Virus record (IMG/VR): IMGVR_UViG_3300046170_000464
Coordinates: 1-64,000 of that record
Strand: one strand, 5' to 3'
Source of the DNA: a virus
Length of the DNA: 64,000 bases
How positions within the stretch are numbered: the stretch's first letter is position 1; every line of letters begins with the position of its first letter. This document shows, in pieces, positions 8,591 to 18,467 of the stretch. The notes under the pieces were generated by a model, which saw nothing but the letters and a program-made list of their open reading frames with translations, was not told the origin of the DNA and did not search any database. The position numbers and the translations under genes were made by a program.

Positions 8591-8868
8591 TGCCTTTTTA
8601 CTCGGCGTTCACAGCAAGCGGTTATTTAATTAATAACCTTCAGTCTTTACTTGACCAAAAAGACATCTCGTCTTTTGGCTTAAGTAAGCTTGCTTGCTTG
8701 TCTCCGACTACAACTCGTAAAATTTGTAGCGATTCAAGTTATATACCGTCACCCGATGTTCTTGAGAAGATTTGTCTTTCTCTTGAAGTTACTCCCGGCG
8801 ACGTTTTAGGAATAAAGAGTACAATGGAGTTAACTGTTGCAGTAGGTTCTGGTGTTTTCTCAGGCTGA
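8590..8868 (+). CDS. Cro/C1-type HTH regulator
   Basis: LQSLLDQKDISSFGLSKL...PSPDVLEKICLSLEVTPGDV. Confidence 0.8.
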   Translation: MPFYSAFTASGYLINNLQSLLDQKDISSFGLSKLACLSPTTTRKICSDSSYIPSPDVLEKICLSLEVTPGDVLGIKSTMELTVAVGSGVFSG

Positions 8869-9355
8869 TTATGCGTTAGCTGCACGTCTGCTCGGTCTGC
8901 CGATGCCGGTAACCCCTGCTGAACAAGCAGCGGCTGCTCCAATGACGGCACGTGTTTTGCGTGACTTCATGCAAATGCGGCCTCCAAGTGCGGATGGTGG
9001 TTCAGACGCGATGTATACGGGAGCTACACGCTCTTTGAATTCATATCCGGATGTCGAGTATCCGATGGTGAAGGCTAAGTTGGCCTCTCGCCTTCGCACT
9101 GAGGTTGAAGAACCCAGTGCTGATCAGTACTTAGCTGAACTTTTGGAGCAACTTATCCAAAACCCTGAGCTAGTCATGGAGATGCTGGCTCTCTTGGATC
9201 AGCTTGATGCACAAGAACAGGCACACATGGACGAGCTTTCATCTCAGCGTCCTCCTGACTTTGATATGCCTAACGAGGGTACCAACTATTCGATGCTTAA
9301 TGCACCGGCTTCAAACACTATTCCTCCCTCTGTGCAGTTTCAACAACTGAGCTGA
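8852..9355 (+). CDS. Hypothetical protein
   Basis: 167-aa ORF in an operon. Confidence 0.65.
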   Translation: MFSQADYALAARLLGLPMPVTPAEQAAAAPMTARVLRDFMQMRPPSADGGSDAMYTGATRSLNSYPDVEYPMVKAKLASRLRTEVEEPSADQYLAELLEQLIQNPELVMEMLALLDQLDAQEQAHMDELSSQRPPDFDMPNEGTNYSMLNAPASNTIPPSVQFQQLS

Positions 9356-9591
9356 TGAACAACCAACGTAACCGGGAACTTATGGAGAGAGACGTCCGTA
9401 GAGACGCGCCTGAGCAAAATCCTGTGGATTTTATGCACAGATATATTCTTTCTAATTTCCCTCAGACTTCTGCTCTTCCTTCTAAGGAACAGAAAGAATC
9501 TATGTTGCCCATGAATACTCAAGATAATGGTTTAAAATTAATGAAGAAGCCACTTAGTGGCACTTCTTTCGATAACCCAGCAGGAAGTTAA
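9355..9591 (+). CDS. Hypothetical protein
   Basis: TGATG-coupled 78-aa ORF. Confidence 0.6.
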   Translation: MNNQRNRELMERDVRRDAPEQNPVDFMHRYILSNFPQTSALPSKEQKESMLPMNTQDNGLKLMKKPLSGTSFDNPAGS

Positions 9592-10153
9592 AATGCCAGT
9601 AATAACAGGAACGGGCGGTGCAATCTTAAGTGGTGGAGCTAAAGCTGGCTTAGGAGGAATGCTTTCTGGCGGAACAGGACAAGGAGTTGTAAATTCCGTT
9701 ATTGGTAGTGCATTAGCGGGAAGTACGCCTGAACTTTTAAAAGCTTTGTTTGGTCCAGGGGGCGCTGCACGGACAAATACTGGTGCGCAAACAACTGGAC
9801 CTGGAGGTAAATTTACTATTACTGCTCAAGATGTATTAGCTCTTGAACAGTATGCGTCTAAAGAAAATTTCAGACGTCGACTACTTGGTCTGCCTCAAAT
9901 TGATGTCCAGTCAGTTCTTGACGACACTGCACGCCGTCTTGATGATCAACTAAGTCGTGCGTCTGAACGCAAAAGAGAAGAAGTTAGGTTAGAAGGTGAG
10001 TTAAGAGCTTTGCCACAAGCTTTTGCAAGTATGGGGCAAATGGGCACCGCACAAAGTAGGATAGCTGAAGCAGCTCTTTCGAAAGTTTTAGAGGGCAATC
10101 TTCCTGCTCCTTATCTTTCGAATATGGGCAATGTTCGCCAAATTACTAAGTAA
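9557..10153 (+). CDS. Putative internal/ejection protein
   Basis: Gly-rich hydrophobic N-terminus plus a coiled coil. The start could be 9593. Confidence 0.55.
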   Translation: MALLSITQQEVKMPVITGTGGAILSGGAKAGLGGMLSGGTGQGVVNSVIGSALAGSTPELLKALFGPGGAARTNTGAQTTGPGGKFTITAQDVLALEQYASKENFRRRLLGLPQIDVQSVLDDTARRLDDQLSRASERKREEVRLEGELRALPQAFASMGQMGTAQSRIAEAALSKVLEGNLPAPYLSNMGNVRQITK

Positions 10154-10155
10154 TC

Positions 10156-10797
10156 ATGGAACAAGGAGATCTTACAAAATTTGGTGGCAGCCTTACAGAC
10201 ATGTACGGCATTCAATTTGATACAGCCGGTGGGCTTCCTGAAGTAAAGTCACGAAAAACTTCTGGTAGTAGAGAAGCTCTTGAAGCATTGGGGGAAAATT
10301 TACCTCCTGAAATTAGAAATTTACTTGAAGCTAACCGAGCTTTAGAAGCAACCCCGACACCAGGTTCTGCTCCTCTAGTTCCTAGTCAGACTCAACAGTC
10401 TGGTCGTAGTCAATCAACTCCCTTAGATCCTTATACACCAGAGCGTAATCCGACACCAGCAACAACAACTACTCCTACAGCTGTCGGGGCGTACGACGGA
10501 AATCAACAGTTAATTAAAGATCTTCTTTCTAACCTTCCTGGTTATCAAGAGCGAGCTTTACAAGGTCGCCTTAAAGAAGCTGAAGCTGTTGGTGCTCAAG
10601 CACGAAAGCGAGACGTTATTGCAGAGTGGGGCGCTATTACTAGAGCAGAAATTGCTAAGGAACAAGCACTAGCTCAATCACTTATGGTGACTAGTGTGTA
10701 CGCCAACACTCCAAATGTGAGTGTCATGCAAGCAATGAACGCTACAGCTCCTAGCGTTATCGGAGCTTACAAAATGGGTTCTTCGGTACTTAAGTAA
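10156..10797 (+). CDS. Putative internal/ejection protein
   Basis: Pro/Thr linker and a helical C-terminal region. Confidence 0.55.
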   Translation: MEQGDLTKFGGSLTDMYGIQFDTAGGLPEVKSRKTSGSREALEALGENLPPEIRNLLEANRALEATPTPGSAPLVPSQTQQSGRSQSTPLDPYTPERNPTPATTTTPTAVGAYDGNQQLIKDLLSNLPGYQERALQGRLKEAEAVGAQARKRDVIAEWGAITRAEIAKEQALAQSLMVTSVYANTPNVSVMQAMNATAPSVIGAYKMGSSVLK

Positions 10798-10799
10798 TC

Positions 10800-11613
10800 A
10801 TGGGATTAAATATCGGCAATATAATTAAAGGCGGCCTTAGCGGTTTCGCTGCAGGCGGTCCACCCGGAGCTCTTGTCGGCGCAGTTGGCGGCGCTCTTTC
10901 AGGAGAAGGAGGGTCCTCCAGTAGTGGAGGTAGCGCTGCTGCTGGACCCGCCCCCTATAGATTACTACGCAAAGTATGGAGCTCAAGCTGCGTCAGCTAA
11001 TGCTCCTCTGACTTTAGCTGGACAACGTTACGGACAAACTGTCTCTAGTGTTTCTGGTGCTCAAGGTCTTTTAGGGTCAAGTCTCTCAAGCGGACAATTG
11101 ACTGCTTTACGAGATGCGGCAGAGCGTGGTCAGCTTTCTTCGCAGGCGCAAGTCAAAGAGGTTGCCGATCTTATCGGTAAAGGACTTGATTTACAATCTG
11201 CACTTGGTAACGCAAGACTTAGTGTTGGACTGCTTGATCCTCAGTTCTTAAGCCAAGCTGCCACAGCAGCACGCGGGGGTGACAACACACTTGCTCAGAA
11301 CTTAGCTTATACGAATCTTGGTCTTAAAGCCTTACAAGAAGGCGCGAAAACTAATATTGCTCAAAGGTATGCGCAAGATTTGGGAGCTATGGCCCAAACC
11401 CGTGCAACTGGAGCAGCAAATCTTGCTCTTGGTTCACAGCGAATTGCCGGTGATCTGGCTAAATATGATGCGCAGATTGTCGGTAATTTGACTCTTAACA
11501 AAGCCAGAACAGAAAGTGATCTTGCACGCGTTCGTGCGAATGTGGGTGCTACCAAAGATTTACGTCAAAACGCAATGAATATTGCGCTTACTGGTCAGCG
11601 ATTCTTCGGATGA
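10800..11613 (+). CDS. Putative DNA pilot/ejection protein (split by +1 frameshift near 10955)
   Basis: ORFs 10800-11000 and 10873-11613 join (GPAP/IDYYAKY) if one C of the C5 run is removed. Gly/Ala-rich N-terminus, Ala/Gln helical body. Confidence 0.6.
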
Positions 11614-12140
11614 TTGAAACACAAGTTCGCGATACTAGTACAGTCGGGGCTTGGCTTACAGCATTAGGCAAAACTGAAAAGGATGCTTTCTTGCACTATG
11701 TCAAGAACAGCACTAGCGAAATTGAGTCGTATTTATATGCTCGTTTTTTGCGTCCTGGTTATAACGGCTCAATTGCCGATTTATCCGCCTGGGTGCAAGA
11801 AAAATATCCCAAACAAGATCTACGTAAAGTCTTGTTAATTGAAATCGACAGTCTGAAGATGGATATCGATAACGTAAGAGATATGACCAACACAGGGATG
11901 TTGGACTATGCCACAGCGGCAACAAAAATTTCTGTACTTCAAAAAGAGCTTCGGTCTCACATTCAAGCAGTCCGACAGCTCACTGACGGTGTTGATCGAC
12001 GCGGACTTCTGCTTGCTGGAGCTGATCGATGCCTGCGAGAACTAATGAATAGCTTCGAAGATTCTCCTACGATGGCCGATTTACTCGACGATGCTTCTAT
12101 CGTTGTGTGGTCAACAATCGAACGCGAAGAAAAAACGTGA
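11610..12140 (+). CDS. Hypothetical helical protein (possible terminase small subunit)
   Basis: 176-aa all-alpha ORF. It is the nearest sizeable co-directional gene upstream of TerL. Function inferred from position only. Confidence 0.4.
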   Translation: MIETQVRDTSTVGAWLTALGKTEKDAFLHYVKNSTSEIESYLYARFLRPGYNGSIADLSAWVQEKYPKQDLRKVLLIEIDSLKMDIDNVRDMTNTGMLDYATAATKISVLQKELRSHIQAVRQLTDGVDRRGLLLAGADRCLRELMNSFEDSPTMADLLDDASIVVWSTIEREEKT

Positions 12141-12352
12141 CGGACGCTGAACGAATTATTCAGTACATCGAAGACACCGAATACGACAGAGAAGTTTTAC
12201 CGCATTACGGTCTACTGCCGGATTGGTTTGTTCGCTACAACGAGCTTAAAGAACTCATCGTCACGTATCTAAACGGGTTCGAGGAGTCCGAGGATATTGA
12301 CCAGAGGACACTTAAAGATTCCCATGAAGGAATCATTAACTCCGAGAGCTAG
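12137..12352 (+). CDS. Hypothetical protein
   Basis: GTGA-coupled ORF. Confidence 0.5.
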   Translation: MTDAERIIQYIEDTEYDREVLPHYGLLPDWFVRYNELKELIVTYLNGFEESEDIDQRTLKDSHEGIINSES

Positions 12353-13360
12353 TTCGATTGTGTCGTCTTCTTCGACGTAACTACCTCCGAAAGGCAAGAT
12401 ACAAGCAGGTTGCGTAGAAACAGGTTGACCTGTGCAGTCAGTCCACCAAATTAAATCGTCGTGCAAAGAGCCACTAAAAAGTGCTTCAGTGCATTGCCGC
12501 GTAATTTTAGTAAGACCTTCATCGAGTGTGTATACGCCTAGGTGATAAAGAAGGTGTTGCCTCTGTGTCTTTGTATCAAAAGCCATGTATTTCCAGTGGA
12601 AAAACACCAACCACTCGTCTCCGATTTTTATAGGAGCGGTCGAGTTAAAGGTAGGACAATCACTGACGACCTTTTTGAGAGACGACGAATCAATTACTCG
12701 ATCGGGTTCTCCAGGAGTTTTAAAGACAAGAGGCAGAGTTGAATACTGCAACCTTAATTTTTCGCCATCAGTAAAGAAACACCAGTTTTTCTCAGCTTTA
12801 TCTTTAACTAAATTTTGCCCAGCAGGAGGGTAAACACAGTCTGTTACCTGGCCTTTTTTATCAACTTTTCCCACGCAAACTTTGGGGCTTTTCACGAGCA
12901 TGCGAGATGAAGTATCCCATTTCGAAGCGTAAGAACTTGTAATAAACTGCATGTAAAGTTCTTTGTCTGGACCTTCAAAAAGTCGAGCATCTTCGTAGCT
13001 CAACCTATGAGGTGTAGATCTGATTTTGCGTGCATTCTCAATACGATCTTCTGCTACTAGTTCACCGATATAGATATCAGTTGGGGTGTTGTTGTAGTAA
13101 AAATATTTTCTGTCGTGTCTGAATACAAAAGGTTCAGGTTGACTCCTGAACGAAATAAGTTTGTGGCCTTTGCGAGTTAGTAGACAAGGACTAAAATTTG
13201 CAATTGCTTGGTCAGGCAGTCCCCAGTTGATTCTCGTAAATTTTCCTCCAATATCATCGGCCTGTTGATAAACAGTGGCGTAACCATCTTTCTGTCGAAT
13301 ATTAATAGGTACTTGAAGATACTTAAGCGCAGTGGTGTGTCGGTTGATTTGAAGTGTCAT
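12269..13360 (-). CDS. Five-bladed beta-propeller glycoside-active enzyme (GH130/beta-mannosyltransferase-like)
   Basis: NFSP, YEDARLF, EKNW, LGVNDS motifs. Coupled to the GT4 gene. Confidence 0.7.
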   Translation of the reverse strand: MTLQINRHTTALKYLQVPINIRQKDGYATVYQQADDIGGKFTRINWGLPDQAIANFSPCLLTRKGHKLISFRSQPEPFVFRHDRKYFYYNNTPTDIYIGELVAEDRIENARKIRSTPHRLSYEDARLFEGPDKELYMQFITSSYASKWDTSSRMLVKSPKVCVGKVDKKGQVTDCVYPPAGQNLVKDKAEKNWCFFTDGEKLRLQYSTLPLVFKTPGEPDRVIDSSSLKKVVSDCPTFNSTAPIKIGDEWLVFFHWKYMAFDTKTQRQHLLYHLGVYTLDEGLTKITRQCTEALFSGSLHDDLIWWTDCTGQPVSTQPACILPFGGSYVEEDDTIELALGVNDSFMGIFKCPLVNILGLLEPV

Positions 13361-14523
13361 TAGGCAGTCTCCATTGCTTTAGTAAATCCTTCGGCTACCC
13401 GTTCCCAGGAATACGAAGGATTTTGAGTAACTTCAAAGCAATCGTCAGCTACTTTTTTACGATAATCTTTATCTTCGTAAACTTTATTTAGAAGTTCTGC
13501 AGCATGTTTATAGTCGATAATTCCCCGCTCGACGCCGAGATCTTTATCGGTAATCCACGCAGCTACATCAATCAATAAACCCTTACCCTGCCAGACATCT
13601 TTACAAGAGGTGTGGTTCGGAACGATCTGAGGTTTTCGACAAAGAGCATGTTCAAAAGGAACTAAACCCCATCCTTCACCGTTGGCCGTATTGATTCCGA
13701 CATCCGAGATGTTGTAAATAAGATTGAGCTGCTCATCAGGTGGAGCGCCCATGTAGTTCATGTTTGGTGTCAAAGCCAGTTTCTGAGTGGGATCGTTTCC
13801 TCTTCGACGCATCTCAGTTTCAAAAAGCTCTTTTACCGCCCACCCGAGATCCTTTTCTCCCATGTGCAGGTACAACATGACATCGTCTTTCCCCGTGGCA
13901 AACTCAGCAAATGCTTTGATTGTCAGGTCGATATTCTTTCTAGGTTGATTTCTATTGCCGTTAAATACGACAAATTTGTCTAGAGGTACACCAAGTTTTT
14001 TACGAGTCTCAATCATGTCTAGCTCATGAAATTTTCCTTTATCAAGTCCATGAGGGATCACCCCTAATTTTTTAGGTTGAATTCCATGAGCCATTAGCCT
14101 TTGGGCTTGCTCGATAGTAAACGTAATAGCAAAGTCGAAGTCTTTGATATACCTCAACATCGAGAGGGGGTACCACTCAGAATCTGTGGGGAAATAACCA
14201 ATAAATTTGAACTTGAGTTGATGTTTTAAAAGGTGAATCCGTTCCCAAACTTGATTGACGATCCAAATATCATTAAGGCAAATAAACCAGTCTGGACGTT
14301 CGTTTTCGACGATTGACTGAATTCTACCTAGACCAAAACGATCAGCGGGGTTGTGCGGTGCAGCAGGATAAATTTTGAACGGGTACGGGTGAGGGTCCCC
14401 TGTGTAGTTAATGCCGTATACGACGACTTCATTGGTTTTCGATAAATGCTCGAGAATACTGTGAGTTACTCGTGCAAACCCTGTATTTGAAACAGCATCT
14501 CCGTACCACAGAATCTTTGCCAT
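13360..14523 (-). CDS. Glycosyltransferase family 4 (GT-B)
   Basis: TGFARV, IPHG, NRNQPRKNID, GEGWGLVPFE. Confidence 0.92.
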   Translation of the reverse strand: MAKILWYGDAVSNTGFARVTHSILEHLSKTNEVVVYGINYTGDPHPYPFKIYPAAPHNPADRFGLGRIQSIVENERPDWFICLNDIWIVNQVWERIHLLKHQLKFKFIGYFPTDSEWYPLSMLRYIKDFDFAITFTIEQAQRLMAHGIQPKKLGVIPHGLDKGKFHELDMIETRKKLGVPLDKFVVFNGNRNQPRKNIDLTIKAFAEFATGKDDVMLYLHMGEKDLGWAVKELFETEMRRRGNDPTQKLALTPNMNYMGAPPDEQLNLIYNISDVGINTANGEGWGLVPFEHALCRKPQIVPNHTSCKDVWQGKGLLIDVAAWITDKDLGVERGIIDYKHAAELLNKVYEDKDYRKKVADDCFEVTQNPSYSWERVAEGFTKAMETA

Positions 14524-14567
14524 TGGGGTCTAGACTTTCGGTATCAGTATACAAACAGTACTAGATA

Positions 14568-16088
14568 ATGCCTAGCAGGGAAACATTCGCGTATCGCCGA
14601 GCTTTAAAACTACGCGCTCAAAAAGCGTTGGAAACTGAAGACACGACGATCGATAATGTGTTCTCTCGTGCACAGACTGATTTCTTAACCTTCTGCACTC
14701 TTTTAGATAAACCTCCAGCCAGACATATGCTGGAGTGGCATAGAGAGCTCATAACTGGAGAAAGCAATAAGTACCTTATAGATATCGCGGGTCCGAACTT
14801 AGATATTCTGAGTCCTCGTGGTTCAGCCAAAAGCACTGTACTCAACTTGTTTACTGCTTGGGTTATCGGCAGACATACACAGGCTGGTAGACCTCTTCAG
14901 ATTATTTATTGCTCATACAACATCGCGACAGCTATTCCCAAAAGTCGAATTATTAAACAAATTATCGATTCATCGACTTTCAAAAAAATATTTCCAAAAG
15001 TCAAGTTAAAAGCTGGGATGCAAAGCGACATAGGCTGGTCTGTCGACTTTGATTATGCGGGCATCACTCGTATTGGTGACGAGGAATTTACCTTAAGAGC
15101 AGCTGGTCTGAGAGGTTCGATTACGTCTAAACGAGCTCACCTCGTGATCGTGGATGACCCTATTAAATCAAGTACCGATATTAAAAACCCTACTGTTCGT
15201 GAGGAGATGAACGGTAACTGGTCATCGGTCATTGCTCCCATCGTGTTTGAGGGAGGTCGATCTATCTGTCTAGGAACTCGTTTTCACCCTTTGGATATAC
15301 ATAAAACAATGTTTATCCCGCAGAAGGGCTGGAAACAAGTCTCACAAGAAGCACTCACGTACAACAAAGACGGGGAAGCGGTTAGTTATTGGCCTGAGCA
15401 GTGGTCTGTCGAATATCTGCAAGGCCAAAAAGAACTGGATCCTGTTGCTTTTGCTTACCAGTACCAGCAACAACCTGTAATGACTTCAGATCTCGTCCTT
15501 TCTCCTGACTTGATCGTTAAAGGGGAAGTCGAAACTGAGTTTGATTCCTTGGCTGTAGGGATCGATCTATCCGCCAGCAAGAACGAGACTTCTGATTACA
15601 CCGCTTTTGTTCTCGGTGGGAGACTCGGGGACAAATACTACGTCATCGATGCACATCAGGTGCGGACCATAGGCAACCTTGAAAAGATTGACTTGTTGTG
15701 CGACATGTTAGTTGAGTGGGGAATCCTAGAACTACAGAACGATCAACATTTCCCCACGTACTCCACAGTGACTCTCGTTGTTGAAGCTGTGGCTTATCAG
15801 GCTTCTCTTGCGGCTGACCTTCGTCGTGTCTTGTTAAACGAAAGAGGTCTAGGTAATCTGCATGTCCACGAAGTAAAAGGATTCCGGGGAGATAAAGTCG
15901 CGAGGTTCAGAGGTACTCTCGGTCTTTTGGAAAATAAAAAAGTTATTTTTAACAAATACAGGAAGTTCGATGCTCTTATAGATCAGCTAATTAACGTAGG
16001 GGCGACGTCTCATGATGATCTTCTCGACGCTTACACTTGGCTTATGACTTATCTTCAACGTCGCGGAAACTTCTCTGTTGAGTTCTAA
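14568..16088 (+). CDS. terL: Terminase large subunit
   Basis: PRGSAKST Walker A, VIVDD Walker B, GTRFH, YQQQP, GIDLS..DYTA, HDDLLDA nuclease motifs. Confidence 0.95.
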   Translation: MPSRETFAYRRALKLRAQKALETEDTTIDNVFSRAQTDFLTFCTLLDKPPARHMLEWHRELITGESNKYLIDIAGPNLDILSPRGSAKSTVLNLFTAWVIGRHTQAGRPLQIIYCSYNIATAIPKSRIIKQIIDSSTFKKIFPKVKLKAGMQSDIGWSVDFDYAGITRIGDEEFTLRAAGLRGSITSKRAHLVIVDDPIKSSTDIKNPTVREEMNGNWSSVIAPIVFEGGRSICLGTRFHPLDIHKTMFIPQKGWKQVSQEALTYNKDGEAVSYWPEQWSVEYLQGQKELDPVAFAYQYQQQPVMTSDLVLSPDLIVKGEVETEFDSLAVGIDLSASKNETSDYTAFVLGGRLGDKYYVIDAHQVRTIGNLEKIDLLCDMLVEWGILELQNDQHFPTYSTVTLVVEAVAYQASLAADLRRVLLNERGLGNLHVHEVKGFRGDKVARFRGTLGLLENKKVIFNKYRKFDALIDQLINVGATSHDDLLDAYTWLMTYLQRRGNFSVEF

Positions 16089-16960
16089 TGTCTTCTATTT
16101 ACATCTCTGTCACAGCTTACAATCCACTAAGCCGCATTGAGACTCTTCTTGAAGTTTTAAAGGGTTATGAGACTCTTGATCTGGATAAAGAAATTGATAT
16201 TACGATCGATCATGAACATGCTTATGACCTAGATGAGTTCTCATTAATAGTTGCCGGTAACACTAACTTAAAACGCGTAAGCTTTACTGTAGCGTCTCCA
16301 GAGTATGTAGGTTACTCACTTTGCTGGGCACACAAACCGTCTCTAGCTTACCAAGTTGTAAATAAAAAACATGATTATTACATGTACTCAGAAAATGATA
16401 TTCTTTTTACTAAGAAACAATTTGATTACTGGATCGAATATAAAGATGTTTTAAAAGAAGAAAATCAAGAACCAGGTTTTTGTCGAGTCGAAAAAGTACA
16501 AGATAAATTTATTCCTTTTGACAACTACCGTCGCTGGAATTTAAGTGGTGTCACCCCAGATGTTTGGGGACCAATCGGATACAACTGCGGTTTTAAATTC
16601 CGTCCGGCTGAGTCCGGTGTGATTGGTTTTACAACACTAGGTAACCCATACGGTGGTTTTATGATCATGGATCAAGAAGACTCTGAAGAGTACATTCGCT
16701 CAGACAGCAGTCACCCTGTAAAAAGTCACGCAAAAATTGGTTTAAGAAACTGGCCGATTGCCGATCGATCATCAATGGGTTTGGCTTTTGAAAAACTGCT
16801 CCCAGGGCAAGAACATCGCCGAGCTATTCCTCTGATAAACGAAAATGGAAAAATTAAAATCCCTGAGTGCGCCTTAGTTCAGCACTTGGATAATAAGTAC
16901 TCCTCTGCACTTTTAAAAAACTCTCCTATGATCGACACAGACACAATGTTTACATACTGA
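16088..16960 (+). CDS. Putative glycosyltransferase-like protein
   Basis: GT-A-like N-terminal strand (IYISVTAY), YYMYSENDI (ExD) and late VQH. Lies in the GT neighbourhood. Confidence 0.5.
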   Translation: MSSIYISVTAYNPLSRIETLLEVLKGYETLDLDKEIDITIDHEHAYDLDEFSLIVAGNTNLKRVSFTVASPEYVGYSLCWAHKPSLAYQVVNKKHDYYMYSENDILFTKKQFDYWIEYKDVLKEENQEPGFCRVEKVQDKFIPFDNYRRWNLSGVTPDVWGPIGYNCGFKFRPAESGVIGFTTLGNPYGGFMIMDQEDSEEYIRSDSSHPVKSHAKIGLRNWPIADRSSMGLAFEKLLPGQEHRRAIPLINENGKIKIPECALVQHLDNKYSSALLKNSPMIDTDTMFTY

Positions 16961-16961
16961 C

Positions 16962-17252
16962 ATGTTCTCTTACTCCGATGACACCATCACCCTGGGAGGT
17001 ATCGAGTTTGACATGGCTATGCCGAGTATTTTTCCCGGCAGCACTGTGGACCACCCCAGTCACTACAACCAAGGTGATGTCGAGTGCATTGACGCAATGC
17101 TTGCTGCAGCTGGAAAAGATGCTGTACAAAACTTTTGTCACCTCTCTTGCATGAAGTATCTCTGGCGCTTTCAACACAAGAACGGAGTTGAAGATTTAAA
17201 AAAAGCTGATTGGTACTTAAAAAAGCTTATTGAGCTGAATAAGTTAGACTGA
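16962..17252 (+). CDS. DUF3310-family protein
   Basis: VDHPSHY..GDVECIDAM...KYLWR..HKNGVEDLKKA.WYL. Confidence 0.9.
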   Translation: MFSYSDDTITLGGIEFDMAMPSIFPGSTVDHPSHYNQGDVECIDAMLAAAGKDAVQNFCHLSCMKYLWRFQHKNGVEDLKKADWYLKKLIELNKLD

Positions 17253-17268
17253 CAGAAAGAATTCACAA

Positions 17269-17556
17269 ATGGACATCCGCGCTTTCGGATCTGTATACGG
17301 GCAGACGCCCATACTGCCTTACGCAAGTGGGTTTGTTTGGGTGCCTTCGGACGGTCAAAAAACTTTTCCTACCTGCCGTTCTCTATTCGTCGAATCTAAA
17401 AGTACTCCTGGGACAGATGACGTTTATGTACGTCTAAACGACATGGGAGAAAATCAATTTATACATATTGAAAATGTTGATGGCAATATCGAGTTGCCTT
17501 TTGGGGCAGTTACACTAAGCGGAGGTTCTGTGAACGGCGTAGTCGTCCTTTACTAA
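17269..17556 (+). CDS. Small beta-rich putative virion protein
   Basis: 95-aa ORF. TAGACT lies 18 nt upstream. Confidence 0.6.
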   Translation: MDIRAFGSVYGQTPILPYASGFVWVPSDGQKTFPTCRSLFVESKSTPGTDDVYVRLNDMGENQFIHIENVDGNIELPFGAVTLSGGSVNGVVVLY

Positions 17557-17563
17557 TAGGACT

Positions 17564-18130
17564 ATGAATTTATTTAAGTGGACTGCATTAGGAGTCGGTA
17601 GTGTTGTTGCTGTAGCACACATTGGTGTGTTGGGGCACATTATCAAAGCAACGAAAGCTCCACAAGCTCCAGTTATAAATTTTCCCAGAGGAGATTATTC
17701 TTCTTACAAAGTCAAAGCAGATAAAGAAGGTTATACAGTCGAATACAAAGCAAACGATCCTACTGTTCTTGAGTCACAAAAATCTTTATCGCTAGATAAG
17801 GAAAAGAAAGGATTTTTCGGTGGTGGTAGTGAAAATCGTCACGAGTGGCGCAAAGACCAGTTCACTATGGACGGCACTAGGAACCTAGGAGGTGTCGTAG
17901 CAGATGGTGAGGGAAAGTCTGCAAAAGACATAGAGTGCATCGTGGCGGACGCTGGAGCACGGTCACAAGGTGCAATGGCCGGAACTAGTATTGCTGCTGG
18001 TGTTGGTGTTCCTGCTGTTATCGGTATCCCGTATGTTGGGTGGCTAGCTGCTGGATGGGTTTCACTATTAGGCGGAAAATTAGGTTCTGCTGCTGGATCT
18101 ACCGTTGGTAGCATAGTTAATGACTGCTAA
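17564..18130 (+). CDS. Cyanophage conserved membrane-associated protein (glycine-zipper C-terminus)
   Basis: AHIGVLGH, YKANDP, IECIVA, IPYVGWLAAGW. Confidence 0.75.
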   Translation: MNLFKWTALGVGSVVAVAHIGVLGHIIKATKAPQAPVINFPRGDYSSYKVKADKEGYTVEYKANDPTVLESQKSLSLDKEKKGFFGGGSENRHEWRKDQFTMDGTRNLGGVVADGEGKSAKDIECIVADAGARSQGAMAGTSIAAGVGVPAVIGIPYVGWLAAGWVSLLGGKLGSAAGSTVGSIVNDC

Positions 18131-18136
18131 ATAAAG

Positions 18137-18430
18137 ATGAGTTTTACTGGTTACTCCGATATTTTTGCTGATCGTTACGGACGGTCTATTGCCGCCGCTG
18201 ATAATCAAAGGCGTCGGGATCAAGAATCCACACAGCAATTCGCTGGGCAAGTTCAGTCAGACTTGAATCAAGAAGCCGGTGGCCCTGTTCCTCCAACAAT
18301 GCCGGACGATGGGAGTAACCCGCAGTTTGATACTGGTATGGACGAGGAAGTAAACGAAAACGTAGAACGCACTAAAAATTACTTACTGGAAGTATCTAAG
18401 AAACGCTTGAATCAAGTAGCAGACGTCTAA
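18137..18430 (+). CDS. Hypothetical protein
   Basis: 97-aa ORF in an operon. Confidence 0.6.
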   Translation: MSFTGYSDIFADRYGRSIAAADNQRRRDQESTQQFAGQVQSDLNQEAGGPVPPTMPDDGSNPQFDTGMDEEVNENVERTKNYLLEVSKKRLNQVADV

Positions 18431-18467
18431 GACTGAGGTAGCATATTGCTACTCGAATCGTTCTTCT

